Positions 25,321 through 37,763 of a DNA stretch of 55,314 nt are shown piece after piece. The stretch is from Catajapyx aquilonaris (lineage: Eukaryota). The stretch lies in NCBI GenBank assembly GCA_000934665.2, contig JYFJ02002530.1:1-55314 (forward strand). The letters are read 5' to 3'. The position numbers and the translations under genes are program-made. The notes below the pieces were generated by a model. The model was not told where the DNA came from. It ran no database searches and saw only the letters and a program-made list of their open reading frames with translations. How positions within the stretch are numbered: the stretch's first letter is position 1; the number at the start of each line of letters is the position of its first letter.

Positions 25321-26340
25321 GTCCACCAGGTAAAGCTAAGAGATAAGTTGGGGGAAAAAAATATTCAGAGTATAACTAAGTATGTGACAGGACAAAGAGA
25401 CGTAACGTTCTCCACGACCTGTCCGGAGCAAGGGAGCAGACGAGTCTGAGCCTACATTCATGGAGAGCCGGCCCCAAAAAGCCCTGGGTCGATTCCACAC
25501 CCCACCGCCACCCCTATAACCTACACATCCACCCTTCTCTACCCACCCCTCTACCTGTTACTCCCACAGTAACCAGACTTGCGCCATCCTTGTCCTTGCT
25601 TGAATTACCAAGGGCAATGGTTCAGAAGCCACCATTTGCTGGGACAGGTTTTAGGTCATTTAAACAACCCGCCTTGATATTCCATCAGTATCGATATATC
25701 GATACACAAGACCACCTATTGGCTTAAGTACGTTTTAATGTAATTGAACCGTCTTAGCGACTGCAAAATGGCCTGACACATGTTGATTTGAGGATCGCAA
25801 GTCGTGGGCTCTGGTAGACGACAAAGACTTGGCCCATTGCGGCGTAAATGATGACGATAATTAAGCCTAGGGCAAGATAATGGATCAGAGGGAAAGGGCG
25901 CTTGGCTTGGCTCCCACGTTCCTAAGACATCGATCACAGTTTGTTTAATTATTAAGTCTGAAGCTGGGAATAAGTGGCCGAATGGAATCGTGGGGGATGG
26001 AATTTGCGGGGAAAACCCTTCCTGTTCCGTGCTGCTAATGAGGGAACAAGTGGGAGGAGGAACCATTTTTGCTCAGTTGTGTTTCGTCTGCAAGCATATG
26101 CAATTTATTACTAAAAGTGGTCATTATTGTCTAGTAGTTCTAAGAAAGCGGGTGATGAATATTAATATGCAGATCGCAATATTTGGTCTCATATTGAATA
26201 ATCACGTCGTCAATTTTTGGTTCATACCAAAATCGATGAATTTTAATTTTCAATCAGTCCTAATCAGTACAGCAGTCACGACATGCAAATGATGAAAGCA
26301 CAAGGTACAAAAATGTGTCAATATAATGCAAAGCTTGTTC

Positions 26341-26370
26341 ATTGGGTTGCATCATGCCAGGATGAAACAA
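26341..26370 (+). repeat. Dispersed ~30-bp motif, copy 2
   Basis: TTGGGTTGCATCATGCCAGGATGAAACA. Confidence 0.85.
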
Positions 26371-26572
26371 AGTGGTGGGTCCTTTATCGACGTGACACGG
26401 CCACACTTTGCGACAAATTGTGACCCCAAAAAAATAAACAGAACCGACCCAACTTAATCGTCACGCAAACGTTCCGTTGAGAAGGCCCGCCATTAATATT
26501 GAATAAGTCAAAGTTTTCCGAATGTAGTTTGTTAGGTTTAAAGGAAAAGAAAATTATTCCAGTGGCGTGATC

Positions 26573-26764
26573 TTAGAATTCCCATGGAAATTCTTCTCGT
26601 TCTTTTAAGCGGCAGTTATTACGGCACCAGAGCGGAAGATTAGAGAGAAAAAAAATGTAACTCCCTGTAGCTATTCCCTCGAGTTGTATCCTACCCCCGT
26701 AAAACACTCTTTTGCATAATTCACATGGCTGCTCATTTCGACCGGATTCTGCAGCATCTTGCAT
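26573..26764 (-). pseudogene. cGLR-like remnant (N-terminal catalytic-motif region)
   Basis: LCKRVFYGGRIQLEGIATG, compare insect cGLR LFRRVFYGGSFYDGLKVG; the EFDxD acidic residues are not retained. Confidence 0.65.
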
Positions 26765-27206
26765 AATTACCAGTATAATATGACATTTTCCTAATTATTT
26801 TGCTGATGAACAATATGAAATTTATTAATTCCATGCAGCGGTTCGTTTGGAACCTAAAAATAGCTGGATATTGGACATTACTGCCATGTAAGTAAAACAT
26901 CTCTTGTGGCTCCTAATGCATAATTTTGCATATACCACAGTGCATAGTAATGTCTGATTGTAGACTAGTACCTGGATATATCAAATGTGTAATAATGAAA
27001 TTGTCATATTGGTTTCAATTGGTTGATTTATTACAACGCTAGTGTGTCATGTAACCTTCAGTTTTCTCTAGAAAAAGTATCTCTTCTGGTGCCCTTGGCG
27101 ACGAGTAGTAATGCTGTGACAACCAACTTTGTTATTCTTAAGTCGCTTTGTTTTGATGGTTGATGTGGCGATATGATCGATTCAAAGATGCCCAAGGGTA
27201 TGCCCA

Positions 27207-27506
27207 TTAGTCTGTACTTGGAAGAATATTATTACGACCAAAAAAAGCATGGAACTGTACCACATTATTTTTATCTATATACGAGCGTAGAATACTGCAG
27301 GTGAGAAAAGTCAATAATTCAGCCTCTTCTGTGTAATGTATTACTGGCAAGGTCATACCATTACATGACAGTACACAGTCTGTATGCCAGATAGAAGCCT
27401 GTATAAAGCTTTGTAGCTCCATTACCCGAGCATAATGGAAGAGAAAGTGAATGGGGGCAGGATTCAAGTCGGGGATTACTGTCCCGTGGAGCCAAGGTGG
27501 TTTCAT
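27207..27506 (-). pseudogene. cGLR-like remnant (C-terminus)
   Basis: LRSYIDKNN..FFGRNNIL, compare YNEFIADQSIPYYWCRKNNLI. Confidence 0.45.
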
Positions 27507-27720
27507 TACAAAAGGTTACGAGGCCGGATCATGCTCTTCAAGCCTCGCCGCCGGCATTATTTTGTTTGTACCGGAAAAGGAAGTCAAGGTTGTTGTCATT
27601 ACTAGCTCATCTGGACGGATGTACGGATGTCAAACATATTTTGTTGCAGGCTATACACGCTGCCTGCACCGGGGTTTGTTTGTTTGTTTCAATTTACACA
27701 ACGTACAAAAAAGGGTGTTG

Positions 27721-27749
27721 GTTGGGTTGCATCATGCCAGGATGAAACA
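27721..27749 (+). repeat. Dispersed ~30-bp motif, copy 3
   Basis: TTGGGTTGCATCATGCCAGGATGAAACA, identical to copy 2. Confidence 0.85.
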
Positions 27750-28739
27750 TACACTATCAGCACATATTGCAGTAATTAAATTTGTGTTAAATGGACGCTA
27801 TTGCTGTAAATAATTATAATCTTATCTGTGCTTGTCATCACAGTTCTGTCACGATTCGACAGATAATTAAATGTTTCATTGCATATATATATTTTTAAAT
27901 GACTATTTGATCAATATAAAGCCGAGTCTCTCCTGGTCAAACATACATGTTTATAAAGACAACCCCGTATTTACCCACATTTGTAATCCACACAAAAGGT
28001 CCGTCGGTTGAAATCCGATATCCCCCATATGGTCGAATCGGTTTTAGTCTCCACGCAACCGGTCCCTAGTTTTCCAGGTATCGCGTCCCTTCTGTTTGGC
28101 GGCCATCGGATCAGATATTTATCGCTTCCAGTTTCTCTTGCGGCTCCCAAAAAAACAAGCTCTCAAAATGTGATTTATCGCCAGATCTGTCACAATCAGA
28201 GACTTTTTTCCTACCCAGTACCATATAACAGATATGGCCAAACTGTCACGCAGATTTACGTCACCTTTCTGAATATGGCGTGGAAACGCTTGCTTATCGA
28301 CGCCACGCAGGTTAATGCGATAAAATCCGTCCGTTCCGCACATGAACAATATGTAACTTAATTATGGAACTAGTTGTCTGGACATATTTATTTTTATCGG
28401 TCAGTTCGTGTGGCATCAGTTTGTCGGTCTGGAGCATGCGTGACAAATAATACCTGGCGTTTATTGCAATTGCGCTATACTAGGTAGGGGGGACAATGCG
28501 TCGTAAGCTTTCATCACTTGCGTTTTACGATCAAGTCACCAATAAGTTTACTCACACAATCACTACTTTCAAAATGGTCCGGTGTAACCTCTCACGTTGC
28601 ATCGATTTTCTGCCAAATTTGGGCAACACAATGGGTTTCTTGAGAGCCCCCCACCATTCATCATCTGGCTGTGGGCCAAAGAAATGAGAGGTTTACTTTG
28701 TGTGAAATATTCAAGGGATCATACGCCCTTTAAGAGCTC

Positions 28740-28920
28740 TTTGACGACTTCTGTGTGGCTAGAGAAGGTTTTTCGCCAGATTTCCTCTCTGGAGGGAGGT
28801 CCCTCCGAATGCAATGTTCACAAGAGGCTCCCATCCAAGGGCGTCGACAAACGGAAATACTTTCGATTTCATCCCCATCTCAAAATTCAGCCTCCTGATG
28901 TATCCCAACTGCGTCCACGA
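28740..28920 (-). pseudogene. cGLR-like fragment
   Basis: IRRLNF..FVDAL; nucleotide match CAGCCTCCTGAT to the 13.78 kb copy. Confidence 0.4.
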
Positions 28921-29871
28921 ATATCAAATAACAGGATTCCGAATCGATTTCAGGCTCGTAACATAAAGATAGGACGGTGGGTAAAAAGGCGAAGATGGCT
29001 GGATTTACGGGTCTCGCCTTGAACTACAAACGACGTCACTCTGTTATATGGAAATGAAGTGTCAACAATTGCTCAACTGAAATGGCAACGGTGCTTCCGC
29101 CCGATTGGTCAATCCCTACGCGCATCACCTCATGCGCAATGCTCCAGCCAATCGCATCTACGCTGCGTTGCCAGCTTCTTTCAACCGTTATGTTGCTTCA
29201 AGTTTATACGCCTATAAAGAGTCCACAGCAACAATCGCTCCCCAGGAGTTGTACAACTTCACGGGCTAGTTAAAATGCACCCCAAGTTTGTTTCTCAACC
29301 ACTTTAACCCGGCAATTAGCGGGGGTCCGCGGTTGTCCGGAGTAGGTCGTCCGTATCCGGACACGCTGGCTAGCCTTTCGCATCAAGGCACTTGAGAACC
29401 CAAAGCCGCGGGCAACAAAAGGACCTGCTCTCGCAACAGGCACTGGAACCACCTGAGCGGATTCTCACGCACCAAAACCGGCACATAACACGGCAAAGGG
29501 TTAGTGGGTGGGGAGAGAAAGGGAGGCATAAACTCTAGCGAGGAGAATCTACAAATGGTATTACCTGCGAGGTCTTACGTTACGTTACTCTAGCACGCTT
29601 TTCGCAAAATGTGTTGGATACTGGAAAGTGCAGAACTTTGTTTGGCTTCGGGGCGCAATAGTAGTAAGTTTGCTTTTCATACCTCTTTGTGGCCATGCTA
29701 TGGAGGCCCTAGGGCGATATACCATGTTTTGTGCAAGTATGGTGTTTCAACGTATTATTTTTCAGGGGGATGGACCGATGTGTTTTTATTACAGCAAAGT
29801 ATTGTTCAGTTCAACAAAGAGTGTATGAACAGGCAATTTCTTTTGAAAGCCGCACTATGTACGACGTACCT

Positions 29872-30085
29872 TACCATGTAACCTAATCTAACCTAACCTA
29901 ACCTAACCTAACCTAACAAGGATCCTAATTAGATTATGTTAGGTTACATGGTAGGCTAGGTTGTTAGGTTAGGTTAGGTTAGGTTAGGTTAGGTTAGGTT
30001 AGGTTACATGGTAGGCTAGGTTGTTAGGTTAGGTTAGGTTAGGTTAGGTTAGGTTAGGTTAGGTTGGGTTAGGTTAGGTTAGGTT
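29872..30085. repeat. Inverted (CCTAA)n/(TTAGG)n telomere-type block with a 60-bp duplication
   Basis: ACCATGTAACCTAA..(CCTAA)n faces TTAGGTTACATGGT..(TTAGG)n; 29941-30000 is identical to 30001-30060. Confidence 0.9.
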
Positions 30086-30229
30086 AACAACGATCACATT
30101 CCCAAGTAAATTGAAATGTTTTAAATCCCTTTTGCATGTAGCATTGAGGGCCATTTGCCCCCCACCCGGCAATAAGCTGGTCACATTGCTTTTGCTTACA
30201 CCAATGTGTATCACTGATTTGGAATAACC

Positions 30230-30620
30230 TCATTGACAAGTATGATGGAAAAGCCTAATGTGCTCCCAAAAATAGAGGGCAATGGACCGTGAACCTAACT
30301 TCGACCGTAAAAAAATGCTGCAAAAACTTGTTGCACTTCGAGTGAGACCGCGTTTATCGACTGTTGAGGTCAACACGGCAGGGAATTTGACCAGGTGGAA
30401 GCAGCCCAATTCCCAAAGGCATTCAGTCGAAAAAGGAAAATAGAAGGGGCTCCATTTGAACCACCTTATTTTGACAAGAACGCCTGAGTTCATCGAGGAA
30501 TAACACTATTTTTTTATACCTTCCTCCGACATCTCCCAGAATACATTTGAAGCCAATCATAACAGCTCTGACCTCCCATAATCAGCCTCATCATTCCGCA
30601 GTGTTCCTTAACTTGTCCTA
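30230..30620 (-). pseudogene. cGLR-like remnant
   Basis: HCGMMRLIMG..LGDVGGR..NSGVLVKIRW..LWELGCFHLVK..ATSFCSI; colinear with GG, GCHLVPK and RLSFSHI. Confidence 0.65.
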
Positions 30621-30899
30621 ATGACTCTCTTCTTCTTCTTCCGGAAGGATGATCCCACGCCACAAGTATAGTCATACTTTATTTAACGCTCCCTGGGTTT
30701 CCCAACAGAGCCGAACTCTAGCCCGTCATGATGGTCTATATGCCACACTCGTTACTTTTTGGGTCGATAAATGGATTGTCTGAAGACAGGCGTGAAAAGG
30801 TTGAAGTTCGTCTGGGAGTCTTCACTCGACGATTATATATAGCAAATACTTTTTCTCTTACAAGTTATTACATAGCACCTAACAATCCAAACATTACAC

Positions 30900-30900
<1 letters not shown>

Positions 30901-30976
<76 letters not shown>
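30901..30976 (+). repeat. (ATT)n microsatellite
   Basis: ~25 perfect units. Confidence 0.97.
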
Positions 30977-30978
<2 letters not shown>

Positions 30979-31115
30979 TAGCGCACCCGTAGCCAAAATT
31001 TGGCAAGGCCTGATGATTTAGTGCCGTGATCAGAAGGTGGCAGCACTCACCGGGGACCGTTCTTCTTCCGGAGCGTTCCAGAGGCGAAAAACATAAGGCT
31101 ATTATTATAGGGGGA

Positions 31116-31140
31116 ATTATTATTATTGTTATTATTATTA

Positions 31141-31204
<64 letters not shown>
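31116..31204 (+). repeat. (ATT)n microsatellite
   Basis: ~30 units with two GTT variants. Confidence 0.97.
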
Positions 31205-31205
<1 letters not shown>

Positions 31206-32296
31206 GAATGTAGGGTGTGTCGATAAAGATTTTTCGCACATTTTTTCATTGTCAACTCACTCTGATGAACTGTCAGTAAGCTGGCTCGGGCGTGTTGCAA
31301 GGGGTGAAAAATGGTCCTTGCTATGACAAGATAATCGGATGTTTTTTTTTTTTGAAAAAGTGCTTTCTTTGGTCGTGTAATACTCCGGTCGATACTATCC
31401 CTGAAAGTTGCTTATGCAGGATATTGATAGCTCTACCAATTATTTTTTTCATGTGAGCCACTATTACGTAATTACTATTATAAAAGGACCCTGTCCCTAT
31501 AAGCATACCGTTAATAAATTTGACCAGCACATGGTCTGTACAAACATGTACGGGCCCTTTGACCCTACCTGCATTTTGTAAAACCAGATATCCAGCCCCT
31601 ATCTGCGGTCCCTAATAACGCACCAGAGGGAAGTGAAACAATCCGACGGACCGACCAGAATGACTTCAATGACCTCTTAGGTTCCCTTGAATGGACGAAC
31701 CCCCCAACTTGCTTCTTTCCACCCACTCACCCCACCGAAAGCCCTGTACGGTTACGGTCCCCCGTTCAAGATTAGCGACTCCAGAGAGCACTTTGCAACA
31801 GATTGAATTAAAGCCTAGGGATTTGACCACCATCCATTCATGCAATAAACGTGTTATCCAACCTCAATGCGGAAGCTGGACTCTTGTGGACTGTAATTGT
31901 CTCCAAGTGCACCTCAGCACTACTTTGTGTCATAGGTGCACTAGGGGACTTCTCACTTCACACCCATAACTTTCGATAATTTTTTTTAAAAAAAATATTG
32001 AGCCCATGAGAGAGTTTTCCTATAAGTTCGGGAATACTGTGCAGTATCTGGGGGCATGTCTTTTAGGTTTCATCCTGGAAGGACGCTAACCTATGTGACT
32101 CTTTTGTGTCAAGGGCTGCAGACATGCAAGGGGCTATGAGCCGTTCGACATCCACAAAATTTTCATTTTTTGAAAAAATATTAAGAATGGGACTCATGGC
32201 ATATTCGAGAATATTTTATTTGCGATTTCCGTCACATTATGAGTTTTAAAATATTAAAATAATTACTGGTTTTATAATTATTCATATATAATTATA

Positions 32297-32454
32297 CAGG
32301 GTGTTCCAATTGCCCCATTACTCCCAGGTTGCCGAATATAGCAGTTGCTATATAGAAGAGGTCAAATTGTTAGGAGCACAACAAGCTACAAAAAATAACC
32401 ACTTCGGTCAATATTAGTGACAATCAAAGTGACCCACGAACTTGGAACATCCTG
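32297..32454. mobile_element. Tc1/mariner-type MITE
   Basis: TA|CAGGGTGTTCCAA...TTGGAACATCCTG|TA. Confidence 0.75.
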
Positions 32455-32564
32455 TATAATTATTTAACATTCCATTTTTATTTATTTTTTATTTTGTTAT
32501 TTTAATCATCCATTATTGTATTTCTTTAAAAGATTATGTTGTGCATTTATTATTTATTATTTTA

Positions 32565-32745
32565 CCGAAGCAGTTTGGTGGAGTGGATAAGGTGTTCGAC
32601 TGCTAATCGGGAGGTCCTGGGTTCGAGTCCCGGAGCCGGCAATCCTAACCGTGGTTTTCTGTGGTTTTCCACTGTCTCCAGGAGAATTCCGGAATTGCTT
32701 CCTAAATAATTAGGCCACAGCCGCTTCCTTCCGTCCCTATCTTAT
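32565..32745 (+). mobile_element. tRNA-SINE (3'-truncated)
   Basis: A-box TGGTGGAGTGG, B-box GGTTCGAGTCC, central TAGGCCACAGCCGCTTCCTTCC; homologous to the 36158 copy. Confidence 0.85.
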
Positions 32746-32867
32746 CCCAAGAAGCAAAAGTAAAAATGAAAGCAAAGAGTTCCAGTCAAAACAAAATTGG
32801 GATGAACTCCGCCGCCGGCGGCTGATAACGAGATTTTTTATTATCTTGTTATTATGTTTATTTGAGT

Positions 32868-33074
32868 CAGTGGCGGATCTATGGGGGGGGGGGTGATCGG
32901 GGTAATCGCCCCCCCCCCCAAGCTGAAGCAAGAAACAGAAAAATGGCCATGTGCTTACAGAGTTTAAAAATTTTTCGCCTGCGGCGGGCTTTTTTGGGTG
33001 GGGTGGGGGGAGGGGGGCGAGCGCGGCGACAAATCACCCCCCCCCCCCAACAACAACGTCTAGATCCGCCACTG
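32868..33074. mobile_element. hAT-type MITE
   Basis: TIRs CAGTGGCGGATCTA/TAGATCCGCCACTG; 8-bp TSD ATTTGAGT/ATTCGAGT. Confidence 0.9.
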
Positions 33075-34259
33075 ATTCGAGTTCAGAATTAATCATTCTG
33101 TCAACCAACGGGCTACTTGTAGAGTACATTGACATTTTTTAAAGTCATGTAAATCCACAAGTACTACGCTCTCATCAATCTTCCCACAATTGCATTACTT
33201 GTAATAACATTTACGCAAGCAACATTCATAAAAACATTCACATAGCTAGAGAGGTCCGCCTCAGAAAGAACAATCCAAAAAAGTACCCTTTTTTTCTCTC
33301 TCTCCTCTTCTGGCATAAGTGCAAGGCAGAAAAACGAACGTGATGGAAGCGGAAGAGGCGGCGAGGCAAATCGAATCGAAATTTGGTATGCATATAAGCA
33401 GAAGAAAAGTTAGGTAGAGAAAATTCGTGGCGGAGGATGTAATGAGTTTTGCGGCATCGTCTTTGAGAGCAAAAAGCGGAACGACGGCCGCCTTTTCTTC
33501 TTAGCTGCGGCAGTGGTGGCTGGGACTTTCTAATTCCTCACTTCCTTCGACTTTCCCAGGCCTCTCTGGTAGTCTAATGGCCGTGATAACTACATTCCTG
33601 TTTACCCCCCTCTGTGATGAAAACATGTGAGTCCAGATCCTAGTCGTCTGGATATAGCCTCTTTTTTTAAAAAATAAAAAATTTTAAAGGGGGCCGTCAA
33701 AAGATTTATAGGGGTTGGAATGAGGGGGCTAAGCTGATCATTATGGTGTTGACAGTGATTGGAGTGGAGGAATTTAGGACTGCGTATTTGGCGTGGAAAA
33801 ATTTTCAAAATAGTTTTAAGTCGTGTAGAGTACTTTGAATTCCATTGTAGCACCACTTTGAATCGTTTAAAACTCATTAGTGGCCAGTTTTTACAGTTAA
33901 AACTGTTTCGGGTATTTCATTTATCCCTGAAGCATTTGATATAAAAAAAAAACATTCACAATGGCATAAGTTTTAGCAATACCAGCTGTAATAAGGAATG
34001 TTTTTTTTACGAACAGGATGTATCTGACATGTTGCCTGCAGACAGCAAAAGATACCCCTCCACATTTTTAATTATAATTCTTTTCGTAACTTTTATCAAA
34101 AAGTTGCAATTGTTTGACTTGAGGGCATATACCCTACAATGTGTATGAATAATACAATATTTACTTTTAAAACGTATAATTTCTGGACATTTCCGCTAAA
34201 AAGCTAGTATCCCAGTTTGAACGTTTCATTTAATGTGTGATAAAAATAAGTTTCATTAA

Positions 34260-34877
34260 AGGGACACACCACTCAAAATACAAGTTGGGTTCTAAAAATC
34301 GGGCAAAAAAATCCTGATTCCGAGGGTATAAGCAGTTTTTCTTAGAGACGAACGGTAAGGCCAGTGTGAAAGCTGGAAGTGTGTCGTTCGAAAACCGCGC
34401 GCGGGGCAGGTGGGCGCAGGTGGCGACGCCACCAGAGTGGAACCGGGCGGAACTAGAGAAAATGCTAGAGAATGCATCCAGGCGCGGCAGTTGTTTGTTG
34501 AGCACATCCTCTACTTCTCCGGTTTGCCGCGAGATGCTGTTGTATCGCCCTTCTTAAAGGCTACGGACTTCTTAGAGTGAACAGACACGCCCCCCCGGGC
34601 GAACCAATGGGGTCGCTGTAACCGTGGGTCACAGTAAGGTTGCCAGGCGAAATACATATAATACAATAGAGACAATAATATAGAGGTTTGTTTGGGGGCG
34701 GGGCCATGGGCCCAGCAGTTCACTCTAAGGAATCCGTTGCCTATAGCAGACGACGTGTGTAGATATATGATATTCCGTGTTACCGTTGGGCGTAGAAAAA
34801 AATCGATTGCACATTCGGAATCAGAATTTTTTGCCTGATTTTTGGGGGCCAACTTGTATTTTGAGTGGAGTGTCCCT
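34260..34877. mobile_element. Non-autonomous TTAA-targeting DNA transposon (Kolobok-like)
   Basis: TTAA|AGGGACAC..GTGTCCCT|TTAA with ~60-bp imperfect TIRs. Confidence 0.85.
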
Positions 34878-35819
34878 TTAAATACTTTGCTAAAATGAAA
34901 TATTCTTTGTGAAATAATCATTTAGAAAAGTTTAAGCGAGATGTCAGTAATTATTGAAGCACAATTACATTCAACTGCATTTACAGCTGAGCAAAGGGCT
35001 TCCTTAGCCACACCCTCCAATTCTATCCCACAACACTGCCCGCGTCCACTTTATGCGACCACGCAATTATCATTGTTGTTTCGAAATAATGTAACCCACA
35101 TTGCAACCCGAAACTCCAAAATCCTCCACTGATTTAACAACTCAATAATTGGAATGATGAGCCCCAGTAACGAGTAGCTGTATATCCACTCCCCTAAAAA
35201 GCAGGCGCAGAACTTCATTGTCAAACCCCCCTGAAAACTTTCCCATGTGTATATTCACTGCGTGTGTGTTGTCACATGTGACGCCCAAACCGCTGTAGCG
35301 ACAAAGATTAATTAAACGTTTGCCTCCACAAGCGGCAACCGTGACATGCGTGCGAAGAGTTCAAAAAATGACAAAAAAAAAACTATGGTCGGTACGGCGG
35401 AATAAACAGACACCAAAATCCAACGTACAGAGACAGAAGCTCTACAAAAGCATAACTCTGTTCTAGCCCCCATATCACATGCGGTCTCATCAAGCTCCCA
35501 TCCTCTCATGCAGGCAGTTTCAAGTCAGAATTTGATAACCACATCTATCACGGGTGAACCGTGGGCCTAAATCCCCACCCATGCTATCCCCCATTTTTAG
35601 GACGGTCTCAATTATCATTGTTGGGCATCCCCCTTTGTCAAGCCGACACGCTTTACTGGTAATTATTTGCTCTCGTCAGCCAAAGGATTACGAATAGCTC
35701 TGTAATTGGCGTCTTTTTTGGTCCAGGGTCATTTATAAATGGAGACCTTGTGACGTACTGTTTCACACAGTGTATGTACAGTATAAGAAAGAAATTGTGC
35801 TTGTACAGTCCTTTAAAGC

Positions 35820-36119
35820 AAAGAACAATCTGACGTCACACCAGCCGTTTAAACCAAAGAACAATCTGACGTCAAACCAGCCGTTTAAACCGAAGAACAA
35901 GCTGACGTCAAACCAGCCGTTTAAACCAAAGAATAATCTGACGTCAAACCAGCCGTTTAAACCAAAGAACAATCTGACGTCAAACCAGCCGTTTAAACCA
36001 AAGAACAATCTGACGTCACACCAGCCGTTTAAACCAAAGAACTGACGTCAAACCAGCCGTTTAAACCAAAGACCAATCTGACGTCACACCAGCCGTGTTT
36101 TCTGAGCATGCGCAGTAGT
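35820..36119 (+). repeat. 36-bp minisatellite derived from a MITE terminus
   Basis: ~8 units AAAGAACAATCTGACGTCA(C/A)ACCAGCCGTTTAAACC; the last unit continues into the body of the 13179 mini-MITE. Confidence 0.92.
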
Positions 36120-36157
36120 ATGCTTGCAGAACGATTAGAGGACATGATTGGAGGGAA

Positions 36158-36445
36158 CCGAAGCAGGTTGGTGTAGTAGATATGGAGTCTACCTGTTAAT
36201 CTGGAGGTCCTGGGTTCGATTCCCCGTGCCGGCGACCCTGACCGTGATTTTCTGTGGCTTCCTTCGGTCCCTCCAAGATAATTCTGGGGTTGTTTCCGTA
36301 AAAATAGGCCACAGCCGCTTCCTTCCGTTCCTATTCTTGGCCCCACCCATGTGTGAAGTAACACTAAGAAAAATCGAAGAAAACTGACGATGGTGTGCCA
36401 CCCCCCTATCACGGGGTAAAATAAATAAAATAAATAAAAAATAAT
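36158..36445 (+). mobile_element. Full-length tRNA-SINE with A-rich tail and TSD
   Basis: A/B boxes, central domain, (AAAT)-rich tail; 17-bp TSD GACATGATTGGAGGGAA/GACATTATTAGAGGGAA. Confidence 0.9.
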
Positions 36446-37499
36446 GACATTATTAGAGGGAAGAGCCGGGTGGAGGCGGGGTTGAATGTGTGATGTCAGC
36501 GAACTGTTTATATATGATTGTTCAAGCTTCCTAGCCCACTTTCAGGCTACTGAGAGTACTAAAAATTGGAACATGATAGCTGATGTGCTCTCTGGTAACA
36601 AAAAGTCCGAATTGGGGGAGGAGGGGGCGAAAACTCCCAAAATTTATCTGTTACAACATTACACATGAGATTTCAGTATATGCCACGAATGGCAGTAGCT
36701 GCTTATATTAGTGATCTCAGCGCTACCATTTCATATGTCAAGTTTTCCACAATATTGCAAAATTAAAACTGCGAACTTCGGAGCCTAAACTTTGAAACTA
36801 AGGCACAACAAACGTGGATCCATTAATCCATGGTAGTTTTAAAGTTAAGCAGTTTGCTTAAGTACTGGCTGCATTCTTTTGCAACGTTCGCGTTAAAACA
36901 ACGGCTAATTTTTTTTCCTAGCTGTTTCGAATTAATCACACTTGTAAGTACTGGAAAGTAAAACATGCTGCTTCATTTCAGCTATAAAATGGAGGACTAT
37001 GTTACGCTGCTTTTGACATCTCTCGCTGGCACCGAATGAGAAATAAAATATTCATATGGAAAGAACGTAACCCTAGGGATCATCCGCCCAAAAAAAGCTG
37101 AAATGGTTAACAAAAGAAAGGCATAAATTTTCCAAAAAAAAAATTGTGGAGGCCTTTAGGGAAAGCTATTGTGTTCATTGTTGCCATTACGCGTTTCAAA
37201 TGGTTACTGCTTTTAATGATAAATTAATGGGCTAATTTTAATCATTTACATGCCAGGCAAGTTAGGTCAATCACGTTACAAAGCGGGCTACCAAACCCCA
37301 TTATGGACCCTATTGAATTATCATAACAATATTCGTCCATTCTCAATAGTTTAATCAAATTACCTGGAGTGAGTAATTACTTGAAAAACATTTTATTAAC
37401 TGCGTTTGAAGTTGGCTGGGCGTGATATACGAGCTAAATTTTTACCTGCGCAAAAAAAATAACTGAAACCTTTATTGGATCCGTTTTCATTAGTGTAAG

Positions 37500-37763
37500 A
37501 CATTTCCCACTGGCTTCAAGTTCTTCCAAGTTGGTCAGGGTTGTCATTTTTTTTTCACCGACTTTTTTGCAGTCTGGCTAATTACGTTTCGATTTAATGC
37601 AAATATTGACACTTTCCAGGAGTCGCAAAACTTTTATTAGTGCCACTAATTTATCACGGAAAAGAAGGAGAGAGAAAAAAAGTTGGCGCTTCTGAAAGCC
37701 GGAGTAATATTGATGGTCCATTTCCTTCCCAATTCCAAAGAGTCTTCGATTTTTCTTCCCCAC
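37500..37763 (-). pseudogene. cGLR-like remnant
   Basis: RLFGIGK..QYYSGFQKRQLFF..RDKLVALIKVLRLL, compare EFFIVPK..RYWSLSFQEQERVLI..KNRLKPAVKLIKKL. Confidence 0.6.

Noticed and set aside
29095..29225. CCAAT plus TATAAA promoter-like segment
   Set aside because: No supported downstream plus-strand gene; the CCAAT pair is part of a small inverted repeat
30728..31326. ORFs with poly-I/poly-N/poly-L
   Set aside because: Translations of (ATT)n microsatellites
35763..36045. Repetitive ORFs and a possible CRISPR-like array
   Set aside because: Contiguous 36-bp minisatellite without unique spacers; no cas genes; eukaryotic context
17570..37560. Shared DCK.V..LEEL motif between the 17.6 kb and 37.5 kb ORFs; a family of exons ending in KW
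   Set aside because: The segments fall in different registers of the cGLR alignment, so the match is probably chance; shows the false-positive risk of manual alignment
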